NCBI RefSeq assembly: GCF_016278365.1
Contig: NZ_JADQBZ010000011.1
Coordinates: 78,469-142,468, forward strand
Direction: 5' to 3'
Length of the DNA: 64,000 bases
From: Methanolobus sp.
GTDB taxonomy: Archaea > Halobacteriota > Methanosarcinia > Methanosarcinales > Methanosarcinaceae
Position 1 is the first letter of the stretch; every line of letters begins with the position of its first letter. Positions 38,483 to 49,444 of the stretch are shown piece by piece. Both the position numbers and the translations under genes were made by a program. Under the pieces are notes generated by a model. The model searched no databases. It worked only from the letters and a program-made list of their open reading frames with translations, and had not been told where the DNA came from.

Positions 38483-39871
38483 ATGGTTAAAAGATACACT
38501 TCCATGGCATACAAGAATGCCGATGATATGATTTTCGGAACTGCTGTTCACCCGGTAAAAGCTGAACTCGGATTAGAGGTCGGAGCCGGATACGTTACAG
38601 CAGAAGTAAACTACGCACCAAGGCCAGAAGCCGGTGTCTCCAAGGAGAAACTTATTTCTGAATACCGCAAACTGACAACTGACATTCTCGCAAGAGCTGT
38701 ACAGATCGGTTTCCCAGCAGTATCACTTGAGACAGAACACGTAGAGCAGATGACCAACAACCCAACATGGGGAGGAGAAATAGCTCACGTACAGAAGACA
38801 ATCCTCGAAGAATACCACGAAGAATATGGCATAAAGTGTGGTCTCAGGCACACCCCTGGTGACATACGTGAAGACCGTGACCTTCTTGCACTGATCGGTG
38901 GCAAATATGACAAACTCATGGAGTCATTCGAAGCAGTAGCAGATGGTGGAGCAGACTTCCTGTCAATCGAGACAATGGGTGGAAAGGAAATCCTCGACTA
39001 CTCAATCCTCAGGAACGATGTACCTGGTATGATCTACGCAATCGGCTGCCTCGGCGGAATCGATATGGAAATGATCTGGACCGACATCAAGAAGATCGCA
39101 GACAAGAAGGGCAGAATTGCAGCCGGTGACACAGACTGTGCACAGGCAAACACTGCAATGTTCATTGCCGGTGGTCTCCTTGACAAGAACCTCGCACACA
39201 CCCTCGCAATCCTTGCAAGAGTGCTGGCTGGTTCAAGGACACTTGTAGGATATGAAGCAGGCGCACAGGGCCCAGGAAAGGACTGTGGTTATGAGAACAC
39301 CATAATCAAGGCCATCACCGGATGCCCAATCGCCCAGGAAGGAAAGACCGCAACCTGCGCACACGCAGATGTTATGGGTAACCTGACAATGCAGGTTTGT
39401 GACCTGTGGTCCAACGAGTCTGTCGAATACCACGGTGAGTTCGGTGGTACAAGCGTACAGTGCTGGTCCCAGACCCTGAACATGGATGCAGCTCTTATGA
39501 ACACTGCAATCCAGACCGGAAATGCAAAAGTGCTCCGTGACATGATGTGCCTCTCTGACAAGTACAGAGACCCACAGGGCTACATCCTTGCATACGACAA
39601 CGCATTCAAGGTAGGTCAGGCAATCGTCAAGGACGGAAACGACCTGTACCTCCGTGCAAAGAACGCTGTCGTCGAGACCATCAAGATTCTGGAAGCATCC
39701 AAGAAGGAAGGCAAACTCTTAATGTCCCGCTTTGAGCAGAATGCACTTGCAGACGCAAAGGCAGCTGTCGAAGCACTGACCAACGAGTCCGACTCCTTCA
39801 TGAGCGACAGTCTCGCGAAGTACAAGGCAGAAGAACCAAGGTTCAAGCCAGAAGCTAACTACAAGTTCTAA
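38483..39871 (+). CDS. mtaB: methanol:corrinoid methyltransferase MtaB
   Basis: It begins MVKRYTSMAYKNADDMIFG and has the ~460-aa length typical of MtaB. The ATG at 38483 lies 8 nt after GGAGAGG; a GTG at 38474 is the alternative start. Confidence 0.9.
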   Translation: MVKRYTSMAYKNADDMIFGTAVHPVKAELGLEVGAGYVTAEVNYAPRPEAGVSKEKLISEYRKLTTDILARAVQIGFPAVSLETEHVEQMTNNPTWGGEIAHVQKTILEEYHEEYGIKCGLRHTPGDIREDRDLLALIGGKYDKLMESFEAVADGGADFLSIETMGGKEILDYSILRNDVPGMIYAIGCLGGIDMEMIWTDIKKIADKKGRIAAGDTDCAQANTAMFIAGGLLDKNLAHTLAILARVLAGSRTLVGYEAGAQGPGKDCGYENTIIKAITGCPIAQEGKTATCAHADVMGNLTMQVCDLWSNESVEYHGEFGGTSVQCWSQTLNMDAALMNTAIQTGNAKVLRDMMCLSDKYRDPQGYILAYDNAFKVGQAIVKDGNDLYLRAKNAVVETIKILEASKKEGKLLMSRFEQNALADAKAAVEALTNESDSFMSDSLAKYKAEEPRFKPEANYKF

Positions 39872-39886
39872 ATCTAGAACTTGTAC

Positions 39887-39899
39887 TTTTTCTTTTTTT
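39887..39899 (+). terminator. oligo-T terminator tract after mtaB
   Basis: The tract TTTTTCTTTTTTT begins 16 nt after the stop codon. Confidence 0.5.
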
Positions 39900-40003
39900 A
39901 ATTCTATTACTAACACATTGTTCTTTTACGATAATCGATTATTTGCTAATGATTACTTGCAAAGTTAAGTCAATTCAAGATATATAATGCAGGCAGTCCA
40001 ATC

Positions 40004-40675
40004 TTAATGTAAGCGTACCCTTAGGTCCTTGGGATAACCTACACCTACAACTATCAGTTTTGTTTCCAGCGGGTCGTATTTCCAGCCCTCGGGAGAGTAA
40101 CTCATATGAGTGACCTCCACCTCTAGGTTCTCTTTACTTACCCCGCAGTCACCCATATATTCGGTAACCATTTTTTTCCCAAGCTCTTTTGAAGAATTGA
40201 CTGCTTCACCATAAGTCCTGAACTCTCCCCTGCCAAGAGGAGAGAAAGCGTAGAATCCGGCATCCGGTTCAGCCACAGAGATCATCCTTATGATAAACTC
40301 GATCCTTTTGATCCCCTTACCAAAAAGTGCACCTGCAGCGTTTCCGACCTCAGCATAGTCCGGAACAATGATGTCAGCATCGATAACACTAGCAAGTTCC
40401 TGAGTGAGAGCCCTTACCGGGCCCCCCAGCAATACTACAGGAACATCCACTTTGAATCTTGCAGGAAACTGTCCGTCCACTATCCTCTTAACCCCTGACC
40501 TTTCGACATCCGGTAATAGAAATGACATCAGGTTAAAGGCCATGTTCTTTGCAACCATATTCTTGACCATAGAACTGAACTCCGATTTATCCATCTTGTT
40601 CATGCGTCCAAGTTTTTCAGCTCCGAGAGCTGAAGCTTCAGCATCCCAGCGGACATAGTCACCAAGAACATGCAA
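40004..40675 (-). CDS. hydantoinase/oxoprolinase-like protein, C-terminal fragment (probably the 3' part of one frameshifted gene with 40708-41943)
   Basis: The frame is open upstream to 40729 and there encodes ...QPVGFTPTDALHVLGDY. No ATG or GTG precedes this conserved-looking motif; the only start is a TTG at 40675, inside it. Confidence 0.5.
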   Translation of the reverse strand: MHVLGDYVRWDAEASALGAEKLGRMNKMDKSEFSSMVKNMVAKNMAFNLMSFLLPDVERSGVKRIVDGQFPARFKVDVPVVLLGGPVRALTQELASVIDADIIVPDYAEVGNAAGALFGKGIKRIEFIIRMISVAEPDAGFYAFSPLGRGEFRTYGEAVNSSKELGKKMVTEYMGDCGVSKENLEVEVTHMSYSPEGWKYDPLETKLIVVGVGYPKDLRVRLH

Positions 40676-40707
40676 CGCATCAGTAGGCGTGAAACCTACT
40701 GGCTGAA

Positions 40708-41943
40708 TTAACCGTTTCTGTATAGAGAATCAAGAACAATACTTGAAGGATACTTCTTTGAAAGTGAGATTATTTCATCCAGGGGCATTGGTTCATAACC
40801 AAGCACATCCAGTACTGCAATCTCGGACTCATTAAGGTCGGAAGCATTAAAGCCGGATCTCATGAAGAACTTAGTCGGCTGAACGTTCCAGTCGAGCATG
40901 TGTCTTGGAGGAGTCACACTCTTTTGCAGTTTCTCCAGGAAAGAAGGATATCGGGTAGCAGCAATGCAGAGTGGAATAACTCTCCTTGGACCGATGAATA
41001 TCTTTTTTGATCGCGTCCATACATGACTGTCACCACCCATGGCAGAGGTTTCCATCCTTGTTGCCCGGACCCGCGTTCTCCACCCGCCGACCATGGCACC
41101 GGCATCCGTGAGTTCAGGAACACCATCATATACAGCCGAAACATCCGTACTGGTCCCACCAACATCTATTACAGCACAGGTATCACAATGAGAAAGGTAA
41201 GATGCACCCACAAGGCTTGCAGCAGGGCCGGAAAATATAGATTCTACAGGTTTTTCCAGAGCCTCTTTCAATCCAACGACTGTACCATCACACTTCAACA
41301 TGAGTAACTTTGCATTAATATTCCTTCGCTTGATTTCATCCATCACTGATTTGATAAAGTGATTGGAAATGGGCAACAACTGCGCATTCAGTGCTGCAGT
41401 TACAGCCCTTTCGTATGCACCCAGCTCCTGGGAAAGTTCATGCCCGCATACAACCGGCATTCCGGTCAATTCATGAACAAGAGTACGTATGACAATTTCA
41501 TGTTCAGGGTTACGGATACTGAAAAAAGCGGAAACTGCAAACGCAGCAACTTCGTTTTTAACCTTCAAGGCAAAATTCCGGACCATTTCAACATCCAATG
41601 GCAGAACTTCCTCGCCATTGAAAGTGTGGCCGCCATCTACAATAACAGTATGCTTTGCAGGAAAATCTCCTTTTATTGGATGCTCACCGACCAGGATAAG
41701 AGCAACCGGACTGCCTGTGCCCTCAAGCACAGTATTTGTGGCAAGAGTTGTTGAAACCGATACAAGGCTTACCTTTCCGATATCCTCTTGCTTCAGGCCA
41801 TCAATCGCATCCCTTATACCGTTTATGAGATCAGGGTATGTTGTAAGTGCCTTGCTTGAACTTACAATAGAACTATCAGAATTTCTGACCAAAATTGCAT
41901 CAGTATAAGTACCCCCTGCATCTATTCCAAGGCTGAACTGCAT
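40708..41943 (-). CDS. hydantoinase/oxoprolinase-like ASKHA ATPase, N-terminal fragment
   Basis: It contains LGIDAGGTYTDAILV (phosphate-1), AVIDVGGTSTDVSAV (phosphate-2) and SAMGGDSHVW. Its stop at 40708 overlaps the open frame of the next ORF by 22 nt. Confidence 0.75.
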   Translation of the reverse strand: MQFSLGIDAGGTYTDAILVRNSDSSIVSSSKALTTYPDLINGIRDAIDGLKQEDIGKVSLVSVSTTLATNTVLEGTGSPVALILVGEHPIKGDFPAKHTVIVDGGHTFNGEEVLPLDVEMVRNFALKVKNEVAAFAVSAFFSIRNPEHEIVIRTLVHELTGMPVVCGHELSQELGAYERAVTAALNAQLLPISNHFIKSVMDEIKRRNINAKLLMLKCDGTVVGLKEALEKPVESIFSGPAASLVGASYLSHCDTCAVIDVGGTSTDVSAVYDGVPELTDAGAMVGGWRTRVRATRMETSAMGGDSHVWTRSKKIFIGPRRVIPLCIAATRYPSFLEKLQKSVTPPRHMLDWNVQPTKFFMRSGFNASDLNESEIAVLDVLGYEPMPLDEIISLSKKYPSSIVLDSLYRNG

Positions 41944-42126
41944 GATATTGAACTCCTATAATATCCGGACCTAGCTGTGCCTGTAAGATCAGAATAAAGC
42001 ACTATGCTAAGTAGAACAACGTGTACTAAAACCTTTACAAAAACATAAACCGCTAAAGCAAAGCAATCGAAAAAAGAAAGAAAGTGACATGGCATAGATA
42101 AACTATGTCATGCCAGAGAATTCAAT

Positions 42127-43137
42127 TTATGCGAAGAATTCGTCTCTTGCTGCAACCATTGCCCTGATGTTGGAGCATGGTGTGTCCGGTGCAATTCCAC
42201 AGCCCGGAGCAAGTACGTCAACACCGTCTTCAAGAGCCCTCTTGGAGTCTGCCTTGACCTTTGCCTCGTCACCTGAAAGCAGAGTGAACGGACTTGAAAC
42301 ATTACCACAGATAGTTACTTTGCCGGCAACCTTTGCCTTTGCTCCCTTGAGGTCCTTGACCTTCTCCTCAATGCTGATTGATGTGAAGTGGCAGTCTGCC
42401 ATCATTTCAAGGATCGGGGACACATCGCCACATACGTGGAGAATCATTGGTGCATTGACACCATCTGCAAATCTCTGCAGTACTGGCTTGAGGATGGTAC
42501 CGAATGTCTCAGGAGCCAGAAGGTCAGGGGACGCTACCGGATCTGGTACACTGATAACATCTGCGCCTGCTTCTACAAGGGCGTTTGCGTACTGTATGCA
42601 TGCGTCACATGAAAAGTCGAGAATTGTCTGGAAAGCCTCTTGGTCCTTTATGGACCATTTCATGAACTTCTTGACGCTTGCAAGGTCAGATGCGAGAGTT
42701 ACCGGACCTTCCATACCGGCTATTAAAGGAACCTCATCTCCGAGCTTTGCTCTGAGAATCTTCATAGTTTCAAGAACTACAGGTATCCTGCCCTGTGCAA
42801 GAAGGTTCTCAGGCATCTGAAGGTTTTCAACACCCTTGGGGTATGGGTGGTCTGTAACAGATGGCTGTCTGTTCTTTGTACCCATGTTGACGGTACAGCC
42901 CATTGCTTCTGCGAGAACTGTAAGGCAGTATGGAGCTCTTACACCCTCGAGACCGCATTCTGTGTGTGATGCCATTGCAAGGTCGGCCATTTTCTGTGCA
43001 TCGCTGTGTGCCTCAGGCCATGCAGCGCCAGTCTTATCCATAAGTTCAACGATGGCGGTCTGTGTTACAGATACGACCGGAACTTTATCGACTTCTTCAC
43101 CTTTCAATGCTTTGATAAACCTTTCTTTCATGTTCAT
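42127..43137 (-). CDS. mtaA: methylcobamide:CoM methyltransferase (MtaA/MtbA family, uroporphyrinogen-decarboxylase fold)
   Basis: It begins MNMKERFIKALKGEEVDKVPVVSVTQ. The zinc-ligand region LHVCGDV is present and the ORF is 336 aa. I call it mtaA by context with mtaCB; it could be mtbA. Confidence 0.85.
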   Translation of the reverse strand: MNMKERFIKALKGEEVDKVPVVSVTQTAIVELMDKTGAAWPEAHSDAQKMADLAMASHTECGLEGVRAPYCLTVLAEAMGCTVNMGTKNRQPSVTDHPYPKGVENLQMPENLLAQGRIPVVLETMKILRAKLGDEVPLIAGMEGPVTLASDLASVKKFMKWSIKDQEAFQTILDFSCDACIQYANALVEAGADVISVPDPVASPDLLAPETFGTILKPVLQRFADGVNAPMILHVCGDVSPILEMMADCHFTSISIEEKVKDLKGAKAKVAGKVTICGNVSSPFTLLSGDEAKVKADSKRALEDGVDVLAPGCGIAPDTPCSNIRAMVAARDEFFA

Positions 43138-43313
43138 AATGAATCCTTCTCTATTGAGTAGATTTTAGTCATCCTGATTTGCGTTACATCAGATATAAAA
43201 CTATTGGATTGAAGCCGCTTTCACTTACTTATACATGAAAATCGCAGGAAGAAAGCATACAGCGGAGGAATGGAACCACACAAAGTACTGGAAAGTATGC
43301 AAAAAACCAAGCT

Positions 43314-46145
43314 TTAGCCCCAGAATCTCTTGTTCTTGGCATAGTTTCGCTCTGCTACAAGGATATCACGATAAAAAGTTTCCTCATCCTGTCGCATTTT
43401 TTGTATGACCCGTGTCGCCATTTCAGGACCGACACCCCTGCTTGCAAGGGCAATAACAGCCTGCTTCCCATGAGTCATAACGATATTGGCATTCCGATAC
43501 ACTTTCCTGACACGTTTAAGTTCTTCTCCGGAACTCACGTTCTCCTGCTTCTGCACCAGTTTGATCTCTTCTTCTTCCCAGGGCTTCAGGGATGCGATCA
43601 TCCTGGAATCACACACAGGACAAATAATAGTTTCCGGAACGTTCTTTACCTGTCTGCGCGAGGTCCATTTCTTACAGTGAACGCAGAAGAGTATCACCCT
43701 GTCGTTCATGATCCTATCCTTAAGTGCCATTACAATAGATCTGTCAGCCTTCTCAGGAGCCACCAGATCTCTTTTCATGGAAAAGCCCGCTCTGCCCAGA
43801 GGAGTAGAAGGACTAATCATAGCCTGTATCCTGCCAGCCGAAACACCTTCCAGCACTTCAGAAGCCCGCTTCACATCCAGCATGTTGTGGAATATTTCTC
43901 TGATGACTTCATCATACATCGCCGTATCCCTGTAGATATCAAGCAGTTTCTTCATGCTTATCCGGTCATAATCGATATCCTTGCTCAGTGCACCAAATTT
44001 CCTGGCTACATGCACCATTTTCCATTTCATCAGAGAAGTGTTCTTCAGGGTCATCTCAATGATAGGCTCGATATGTTCCGGCTTTATTTCCATAAGAAGG
44101 TCAAAGATCTCTTTCGCTTTTATCCTTCGCGGAAGCTGCAATCTTATCCTGTAGGGGTCTATCTCCTGGGACACACTGCTCCCGTATCTTGCAGCGAGCA
44201 GGGACGTCAGCACCTTCGCAAGAGTCTCATTGACATTATGCCCAAAACATGCATTGATAAGAACAGCATCCCCATCATTCTCTATCACGAGCATACCTGC
44301 ATGCGGGACCGGAAATCCGGCTTCAACGTGCTCCCTGACAAGGGACACTAGTGTTTCTGCACCTGTAACATCCACAGGGTAGGCTTCACGCATAAGATCA
44401 ACTATCTCACCATCCTCCAGGCCTTCAAGCACCTTCGTACCAATAACCTGGCGGATCAGGCCCACCTCTCCGGCAACCTCGAAGGGCACAGGTATCTCCT
44501 CACCCACCCAGCTTGGTATCTCTCCCATTCCACGCACCGGCTCGACCTTTATTCTGTCCCGGTCACTGCTCATCTCAATTACCCGCCACATATCGCCCTT
44601 GGTTATGAAGACCGCACCCGGGGAAACAAAATTGATCACAAAGGCTTCGTCAAGCACACCCACTGGTCTACCGGTGACGATATCGAATATCTCGTATTTC
44701 TTTTCATCCGGTATCATGGACAGGTTATCATAGTAATACTGCCAGCTCTTCTTCCGGCGTGAAAGGATATCTGACCCCTCCTCATTCCAGACCATGCGGT
44801 AATCATTGATCTGTGAGATCACTTTTCGGAGGGTTCGCTCGCTAAGGTCCTTGAATGGATATGCGCGCTTAAAGATAGTGAACACCTTTTCAATATCCAC
44901 GTCGCCGAAATCTATTACCAGGCCCGATATCTGGTTTGCCAGCACGTCAAGGGAATTCATGTGAGGAGATATCGCCTCCACCTTCCCGTTCATTGCGAGC
45001 CTGCATATAGCCATGCTCTCAGCCACATCATCAGACCCGATAGTCAGGATAGTACCTCTGGAGATCTCATGTATCCTGTGGCCGGCACGCCCGACACGCT
45101 GCAGGAGCCGGGACACCTGTCTTGGAGAACCATACTGTACAACATGGTCGACATTACCAATGTCTATGCCCAGCTCCATTGATGACGTGCATATCAGGCC
45201 CCGGAGGTCGCCGCTCTTGAAAGATTCCTCAGCCTCAATGCGGGAGTCTACTGACAGGGAACCGTGATGCACGCCGATGGGCAGGCCAAGCATCTTAAAA
45301 CCAGCCGCTAATGCCTCAGCACTTTGGCGGGTGTTCACAAAGACAAGCGTAGAGATGTTATTCTCAACGATGTCCCGGATACACCGCAGCTGGGATGCAA
45401 ACTCTGCTTCCGAGCCAACCTTGCCTCCGATCACAATGTCTTCATCAGTCACTGAAGGGCTCACTACATTAAATTCAAGCAATTTAAGCATGGATACGGA
45501 CACAACAGTGGCCTTGCGGTCCGTGCCTGCCAGGAACTTTGCGACCTCTTCCGGATTGCCCACCGTTGCCGAGAGCCCGATCCTCTGGAACTCACCTGAC
45601 AGTTCCACAAGCCTCTCAAGACCAACAGCAAGTTGGGTACCACGTTTTGAAGATGCCATCTCATGTATCTCATCCACTACAACATGGGTCACCGACTGCA
45701 AATTCTTGCGCAGACGGGAGCCTGTGAACATGGCCTGAAGGGTTTCAGGAGTCGTTATCAGGAAATCCGGCGGTTTGCGTGATTGTTTCTGCCTTTCGTA
45801 CTGGGAAGTATCCCCATGGCGGACCTGCACATCGATGCCCAGCTCAGCTCCCCACCATTGTATACGGGAAAGCATGTCCCGATTGAGTGCCCTTAGGGGT
45901 GTAATATAGAGTGCCGAGATGCCGGCACGCTGCTCCTGACTCTTGGCAAGGATGGCGTTAAATATTGGAAGCACTGCGGATTCGGTCTTACCGGAGCCTG
46001 TGGGAGCTACCAGGAAAGTGTGATCTCCCCTTAGAATAAATGGGAGAACCTTTTCCTGAGGTTCCGTGGGCGCTTCAAAACCTTGTTTTCTGAGAGCCTC
46101 CTGTATCCGTGGGTCCAGTGTATTAAAAATATTCCCAAAACTCAT
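43314..46145 (-). CDS. lhr: Lhr-family ATP-dependent DEAH-box helicase (Lhr-core plus C-terminal zinc-ribbon extension)
   Basis: Helicase motifs are present: [16 protein letters not shown] and QRVGRAGH. The winged-helix/domain-4-like middle region is typical of Lhr. The C-terminus carries CVHCKK...CPVCDS. Confidence 0.85.
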   Translation of the reverse strand: MSFGNIFNTLDPRIQEALRKQGFEAPTEPQEKVLPFILRGDHTFLVAPTGSGKTESAVLPIFNAILAKSQEQRAGISALYITPLRALNRDMLSRIQWWGAELGIDVQVRHGDTSQYERQKQSRKPPDFLITTPETLQAMFTGSRLRKNLQSVTHVVVDEIHEMASSKRGTQLAVGLERLVELSGEFQRIGLSATVGNPEEVAKFLAGTDRKATVVSVSMLKLLEFNVVSPSVTDEDIVIGGKVGSEAEFASQLRCIRDIVENNISTLVFVNTRQSAEALAAGFKMLGLPIGVHHGSLSVDSRIEAEESFKSGDLRGLICTSSMELGIDIGNVDHVVQYGSPRQVSRLLQRVGRAGHRIHEISRGTILTIGSDDVAESMAICRLAMNGKVEAISPHMNSLDVLANQISGLVIDFGDVDIEKVFTIFKRAYPFKDLSERTLRKVISQINDYRMVWNEEGSDILSRRKKSWQYYYDNLSMIPDEKKYEIFDIVTGRPVGVLDEAFVINFVSPGAVFITKGDMWRVIEMSSDRDRIKVEPVRGMGEIPSWVGEEIPVPFEVAGEVGLIRQVIGTKVLEGLEDGEIVDLMREAYPVDVTGAETLVSLVREHVEAGFPVPHAGMLVIENDGDAVLINACFGHNVNETLAKVLTSLLAARYGSSVSQEIDPYRIRLQLPRRIKAKEIFDLLMEIKPEHIEPIIEMTLKNTSLMKWKMVHVARKFGALSKDIDYDRISMKKLLDIYRDTAMYDEVIREIFHNMLDVKRASEVLEGVSAGRIQAMISPSTPLGRAGFSMKRDLVAPEKADRSIVMALKDRIMNDRVILFCVHCKKWTSRRQVKNVPETIICPVCDSRMIASLKPWEEEEIKLVQKQENVSSGEELKRVRKVYRNANIVMTHGKQAVIALASRGVGPEMATRVIQKMRQDEETFYRDILVAERNYAKNKRFWG

Positions 46146-46987
46146 TTTTTAACCACCTTCCTTTTACGCTTTCCAGTTCCGGGCCGGCTCTCCACCAGTT
46201 TACGGACATGCCTGAGAGCCCCAAGGCAGGTCCCATCGAGAAGATAGACCTGCGCATTATCGATATCCACAGCGCCCGAAGAGAATATCGGACCCAGAAG
46301 GTCGTCATCAAGGGATTCATTGAACGCTACGCCTCCGCACAGCTCGTTGAATGAAGGAATGATGATAAGTTCAGGCACATCCTTGCCTTTACGCAGCTGC
46401 ATCCCGGAATCCCGGAAATGTTCCCCCAGAACATCCATATTGAGCTTTGTCCTGATCCAGCTTTGCTCTGTTACCGAGTAGCCGAGAGAATCAGTGAAAC
46501 GGATGGTAGGATGATTATGAGCTGTAACGATGTACTGTGCACTAAGCAGGGAAGGATCCGGCCAGGTATGACCATGGAAGTAAGCAACTCCTTCTATGAC
46601 AGAGCCACGCACAGGATGGATTCGGATGTCCGGCCTCCGGGGAACCAGATGCTCAATACCTCCGTCATGATTTCCCGGAAAGATGTCTATCGGAGCATAT
46701 TCTGCAAGGGATTCCAGGAAATAGGGAATCTCATCTCTCTCCTGCCATGATATCTGGGGCACGTTATGCTTGAGGTCCCCCAGCAGGATAATCCTGTCAG
46801 GAGATTTCTGCCTGATGTATCCGAGTATACGCTCAAGTCCGTGCTTCATACGGCTGGGAATTGATATCCCGCTCCGATATAGATCCCATTCTATCCCCAG
46901 ATGTATATCCCCGACTACAAGTGCCGTTGTCGTACTTCTGACAATAAGTGCAGGCTCATCAACCACAGGTTCAAGTTCTATTACCAT
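46142..46987 (-). CDS. calcineurin-like metallophosphoesterase (Lhr-associated MPE, SbcD-related archaeal type)
   Basis: Phosphoesterase motifs are present: VGDIHLG, LGDLKH, GNHD and GHTW/AHNH. Its stop overlaps the lhr ATG (ATGA). The ATG at 46987 is preferred over the TTG at 46996. Confidence 0.8.
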   Translation of the reverse strand: MVIELEPVVDEPALIVRSTTTALVVGDIHLGIEWDLYRSGISIPSRMKHGLERILGYIRQKSPDRIILLGDLKHNVPQISWQERDEIPYFLESLAEYAPIDIFPGNHDGGIEHLVPRRPDIRIHPVRGSVIEGVAYFHGHTWPDPSLLSAQYIVTAHNHPTIRFTDSLGYSVTEQSWIRTKLNMDVLGEHFRDSGMQLRKGKDVPELIIIPSFNELCGGVAFNESLDDDLLGPIFSSGAVDIDNAQVYLLDGTCLGALRHVRKLVESRPGTGKRKRKVVKK

Positions 46988-46999
46988 TTCAACCAAAGA

Positions 47000-47410
47000 T
47001 CACTTCCGTTCTTCAGCCATTGCTTCCACTTTCTCGGAAAGCGATTCGACGGTGGCTCTCATCTCGCGGAGTTCCTTTTGCATTTCCAGTATAGTATTAT
47101 ACATAGGACTGCGGTCATCCTTAATAGCCTGCTCCTGAGAGAACTTCTGTTTGCTCGGGAAAACATAGACATAAGTCAGCCACATCCCGATGAATGCGAC
47201 TGCTGATAGACCTATAAGGAACAGCAGATAGTTGGGAAACAGCAGCCTGAAGAAATTATCCCCCGAACTGTAGTACTGTAACCTTGTAATCATAAGAAAG
47301 TTCAGTATCGAGAACAGGAACATGGTCTCACCCACAATGATGAGTAAACCGCCAAGCTGGGTGGACATCTTCCTCTGCCGCGGAATAAGTCTGGAAAGAA
47401 TTGAATTCAT
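47000..47410 (-). CDS. small membrane protein (3 TM helices + C-terminal coiled-coil), first gene of the MPE-lhr run
   Basis: A 136-aa ORF that ends 12 nt before the MPE ATG. It has hydrophobic helices followed by the helical tail NTILEMQKELREMRATVESLSEKVEAMAEERK. Confidence 0.5.
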   Translation of the reverse strand: MNSILSRLIPRQRKMSTQLGGLLIIVGETMFLFSILNFLMITRLQYYSSGDNFFRLLFPNYLLFLIGLSAVAFIGMWLTYVYVFPSKQKFSQEQAIKDDRSPMYNTILEMQKELREMRATVESLSEKVEAMAEERK

Positions 47411-47591
47411 TACAGATTATATGTAATTTATGCATTATTTAAATTGTGCAGTCAGCCTGAAAGACCATATTTAAGATACTGCCTGCCTCGAAGAGCATCA
47501 TTGTCTTGAAACTGGTCTTGAAGCTGAAGAAGAAACCTTAAAGAAGAAGGCTGCCATAGAACCAACAAAACAGAGATAGAGATGATAGTAA

Positions 47592-48542
47592 ATGGAACAT
47601 CATTCACCTGAGGAAAAACTCCAGCACCCGATAAACCAGGCAAGGATCACAGAGGGTATGGATGTTGACTCGCTTGTCCAGGCTATGTGCGGATGCGCTT
47701 TCGGAGCAGGAAAACTAGCTGATGCTGTGGATATCTACCATGAGATGCTGGCCGGGGGCTCCACCAGCTTTTTCGGACTTGCCGGCGCCATGGTGCCTGC
47801 CGGCATGCGTTGCATTGTGGCGGACCTGATAAAGGACGGCTACATCGACGTGCTTGTTACCACCGGAGCCAACATGGTGCACGAGATCGTGGAATCCATG
47901 GGACTGCACCACTACAAAGGATGTTCGCAGTGCGATGACATCGAGCTCAAACATGAAGAGATCAACAGGATATATGACGTTTACCTCCCTGAGCCATATT
48001 TTGTGGATTTTGAGGAAAAGATGCAGGCCATCTTCTCCGATATGGGCAGCGAACCCATATCCATCAGGCAGATGATGACGCATATCGGCAATCACATCGA
48101 TGACAAGGATTCCATACTGAAAGTAGCAGCCGATATGAATGTGCCCGTTTTCTGCCCGGCTATCCAGGACTCCATGATAGGACTGCAGGCCTGGCTTTAC
48201 AAGCAGAAGAATCCCCTGAAAGTTGACGCCTTTGAGGATATGCGGGAGATCATAGATCTGTGCTACGAGGCAAAGAGGGCCGGAGCATTGCTCATAGGAG
48301 GCGGCGTCCCCAAGAACTACATCTTCCAGTCAATGCTCATCACGCACCAGGAATTCGAGTATGCCATCCAGCTGACCATGGACACACCTGAGACCGGTGG
48401 CCTGAGCGGTGCAACCCTGGACGAGGCGCGCTCATGGGGTAAAGTAAGCGAAACCGCACGATCAGTTACTGTGCATTCTGACGCCACGATTACCCTCCCG
48501 ATACTCGTTGCAGCTGCAAGGAGCAGGCTTGCAAAAGAATAG
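47592..48542 (+). CDS. dys: deoxyhypusine synthase
   Basis: A 316-aa ORF with DHS signatures: VTTGANMVHE, DSMIG and GGGVPKNY. Confidence 0.9.
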   Translation: MEHHSPEEKLQHPINQARITEGMDVDSLVQAMCGCAFGAGKLADAVDIYHEMLAGGSTSFFGLAGAMVPAGMRCIVADLIKDGYIDVLVTTGANMVHEIVESMGLHHYKGCSQCDDIELKHEEINRIYDVYLPEPYFVDFEEKMQAIFSDMGSEPISIRQMMTHIGNHIDDKDSILKVAADMNVPVFCPAIQDSMIGLQAWLYKQKNPLKVDAFEDMREIIDLCYEAKRAGALLIGGGVPKNYIFQSMLITHQEFEYAIQLTMDTPETGGLSGATLDEARSWGKVSETARSVTVHSDATITLPILVAAARSRLAKE

Positions 48543-48614
48543 AATAAAAAGATTAGAATCATAAGTAGTTCCGCTGAATAAGAACAGGCACATGGAGCAT
48601 AAAGGAATACACTC

Positions 48615-49268
48615 ATGGAAAAGAACACACGACTTATACTCGCGCTGGACGTGCTGGACGGCGATGAAGCTCTGAGGATATCCGGGGATGTGGCAGGATA
48701 CGTGGACGCCATCAAGGTCGGCTATCCCCTTATACTGGCGACCGGACTCGGGATAATAACAGAGTTGTCAAAGTATGCACCCATCATCGCAGATTTCAAA
48801 GTTGCGGACATCCCCAACACCAACCGCCTTATCTGCGAGCAGGTCTTCCGGGCCGGTGCAGATGCCGTGATCATACAGGGTTTTACAGGGCATGACAGCC
48901 TCAGAAGCTGTGTGGAACTGGCAAAGAGCAGCAACAAGGATATTTTCGTGGTCACCGAGATGAGCCATCCGGGTGCACTTGACTTCATGCAGGCTGCAGG
49001 CGGAGCTATTGCGAAGATGGCTGCAGATGAGAAAGCTTCCGGCGTGGTTGCTCCTGCAACACGCCCCGAGAGAGTAAGGAAGATCAGGGAGATAATAGGT
49101 AATGAACTGACAATAATCTCACCAGGGGTAGGTGCGCAGGGAGGAAGCGCTTCCGATGCCATCAAGGCTGGTGCCGACTGGGTAATTGTGGGCAGGAGCA
49201 TCTACCTGGCAGAAGAACCGGCGAGAGCTGCAGCAGACATCGTTGCCGATATAAAGACCGGGATCTGA
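48615..49268 (+). CDS. pyrF: orotidine 5'-phosphate decarboxylase
   Basis: It contains LILALDV, the [10 protein letters not shown] catalytic lysine motif and [10 protein letters not shown]. Confidence 0.9.
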   Translation: MEKNTRLILALDVLDGDEALRISGDVAGYVDAIKVGYPLILATGLGIITELSKYAPIIADFKVADIPNTNRLICEQVFRAGADAVIIQGFTGHDSLRSCVELAKSSNKDIFVVTEMSHPGALDFMQAAGGAIAKMAADEKASGVVAPATRPERVRKIREIIGNELTIISPGVGAQGGSASDAIKAGADWVIVGRSIYLAEEPARAAADIVADIKTGI

Positions 49269-49444
49269 AAAGAGAACATGTCCGCAATTGCGACAAAACA
49301 AGATCAAAAGTAAAGAAGGACTAAAGAAAGATGTGCCTGTGATGAGAAAATCGTTCTGATCTATGATGAACCCTATGAGTACTGAGGCACATTTTAGTAC
49401 TTACGCTTATTACTACTTTCTGACCGCTTATATATTTCTTATAT

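Noticed and set aside
42110-42820. A 236-aa plus-strand ORF opposite mtaA
   Set aside because: It is an antisense shadow of the MtaA gene. The sequence is Ser/Ala/Thr-rich and shows no motifs.
34090-43137. A search for in-frame amber (pyrrolysine) methylamine methyltransferase genes near the RamA-like gene
   Set aside because: The only methyltransferase genes present are mtaB, mtaC and mtaA, and their frames are uninterrupted. No mtmB/mtbB/mttB-like ORF pairs split by TAG were seen.
43401-44351. A 316-aa plus-strand ORF, plus several shorter ones, opposite the lhr helicase gene
   Set aside because: The helicase frame carries all canonical SF2 motifs. The antisense ORFs are compositionally odd (His/Arg/Phe-rich) and lack motifs.
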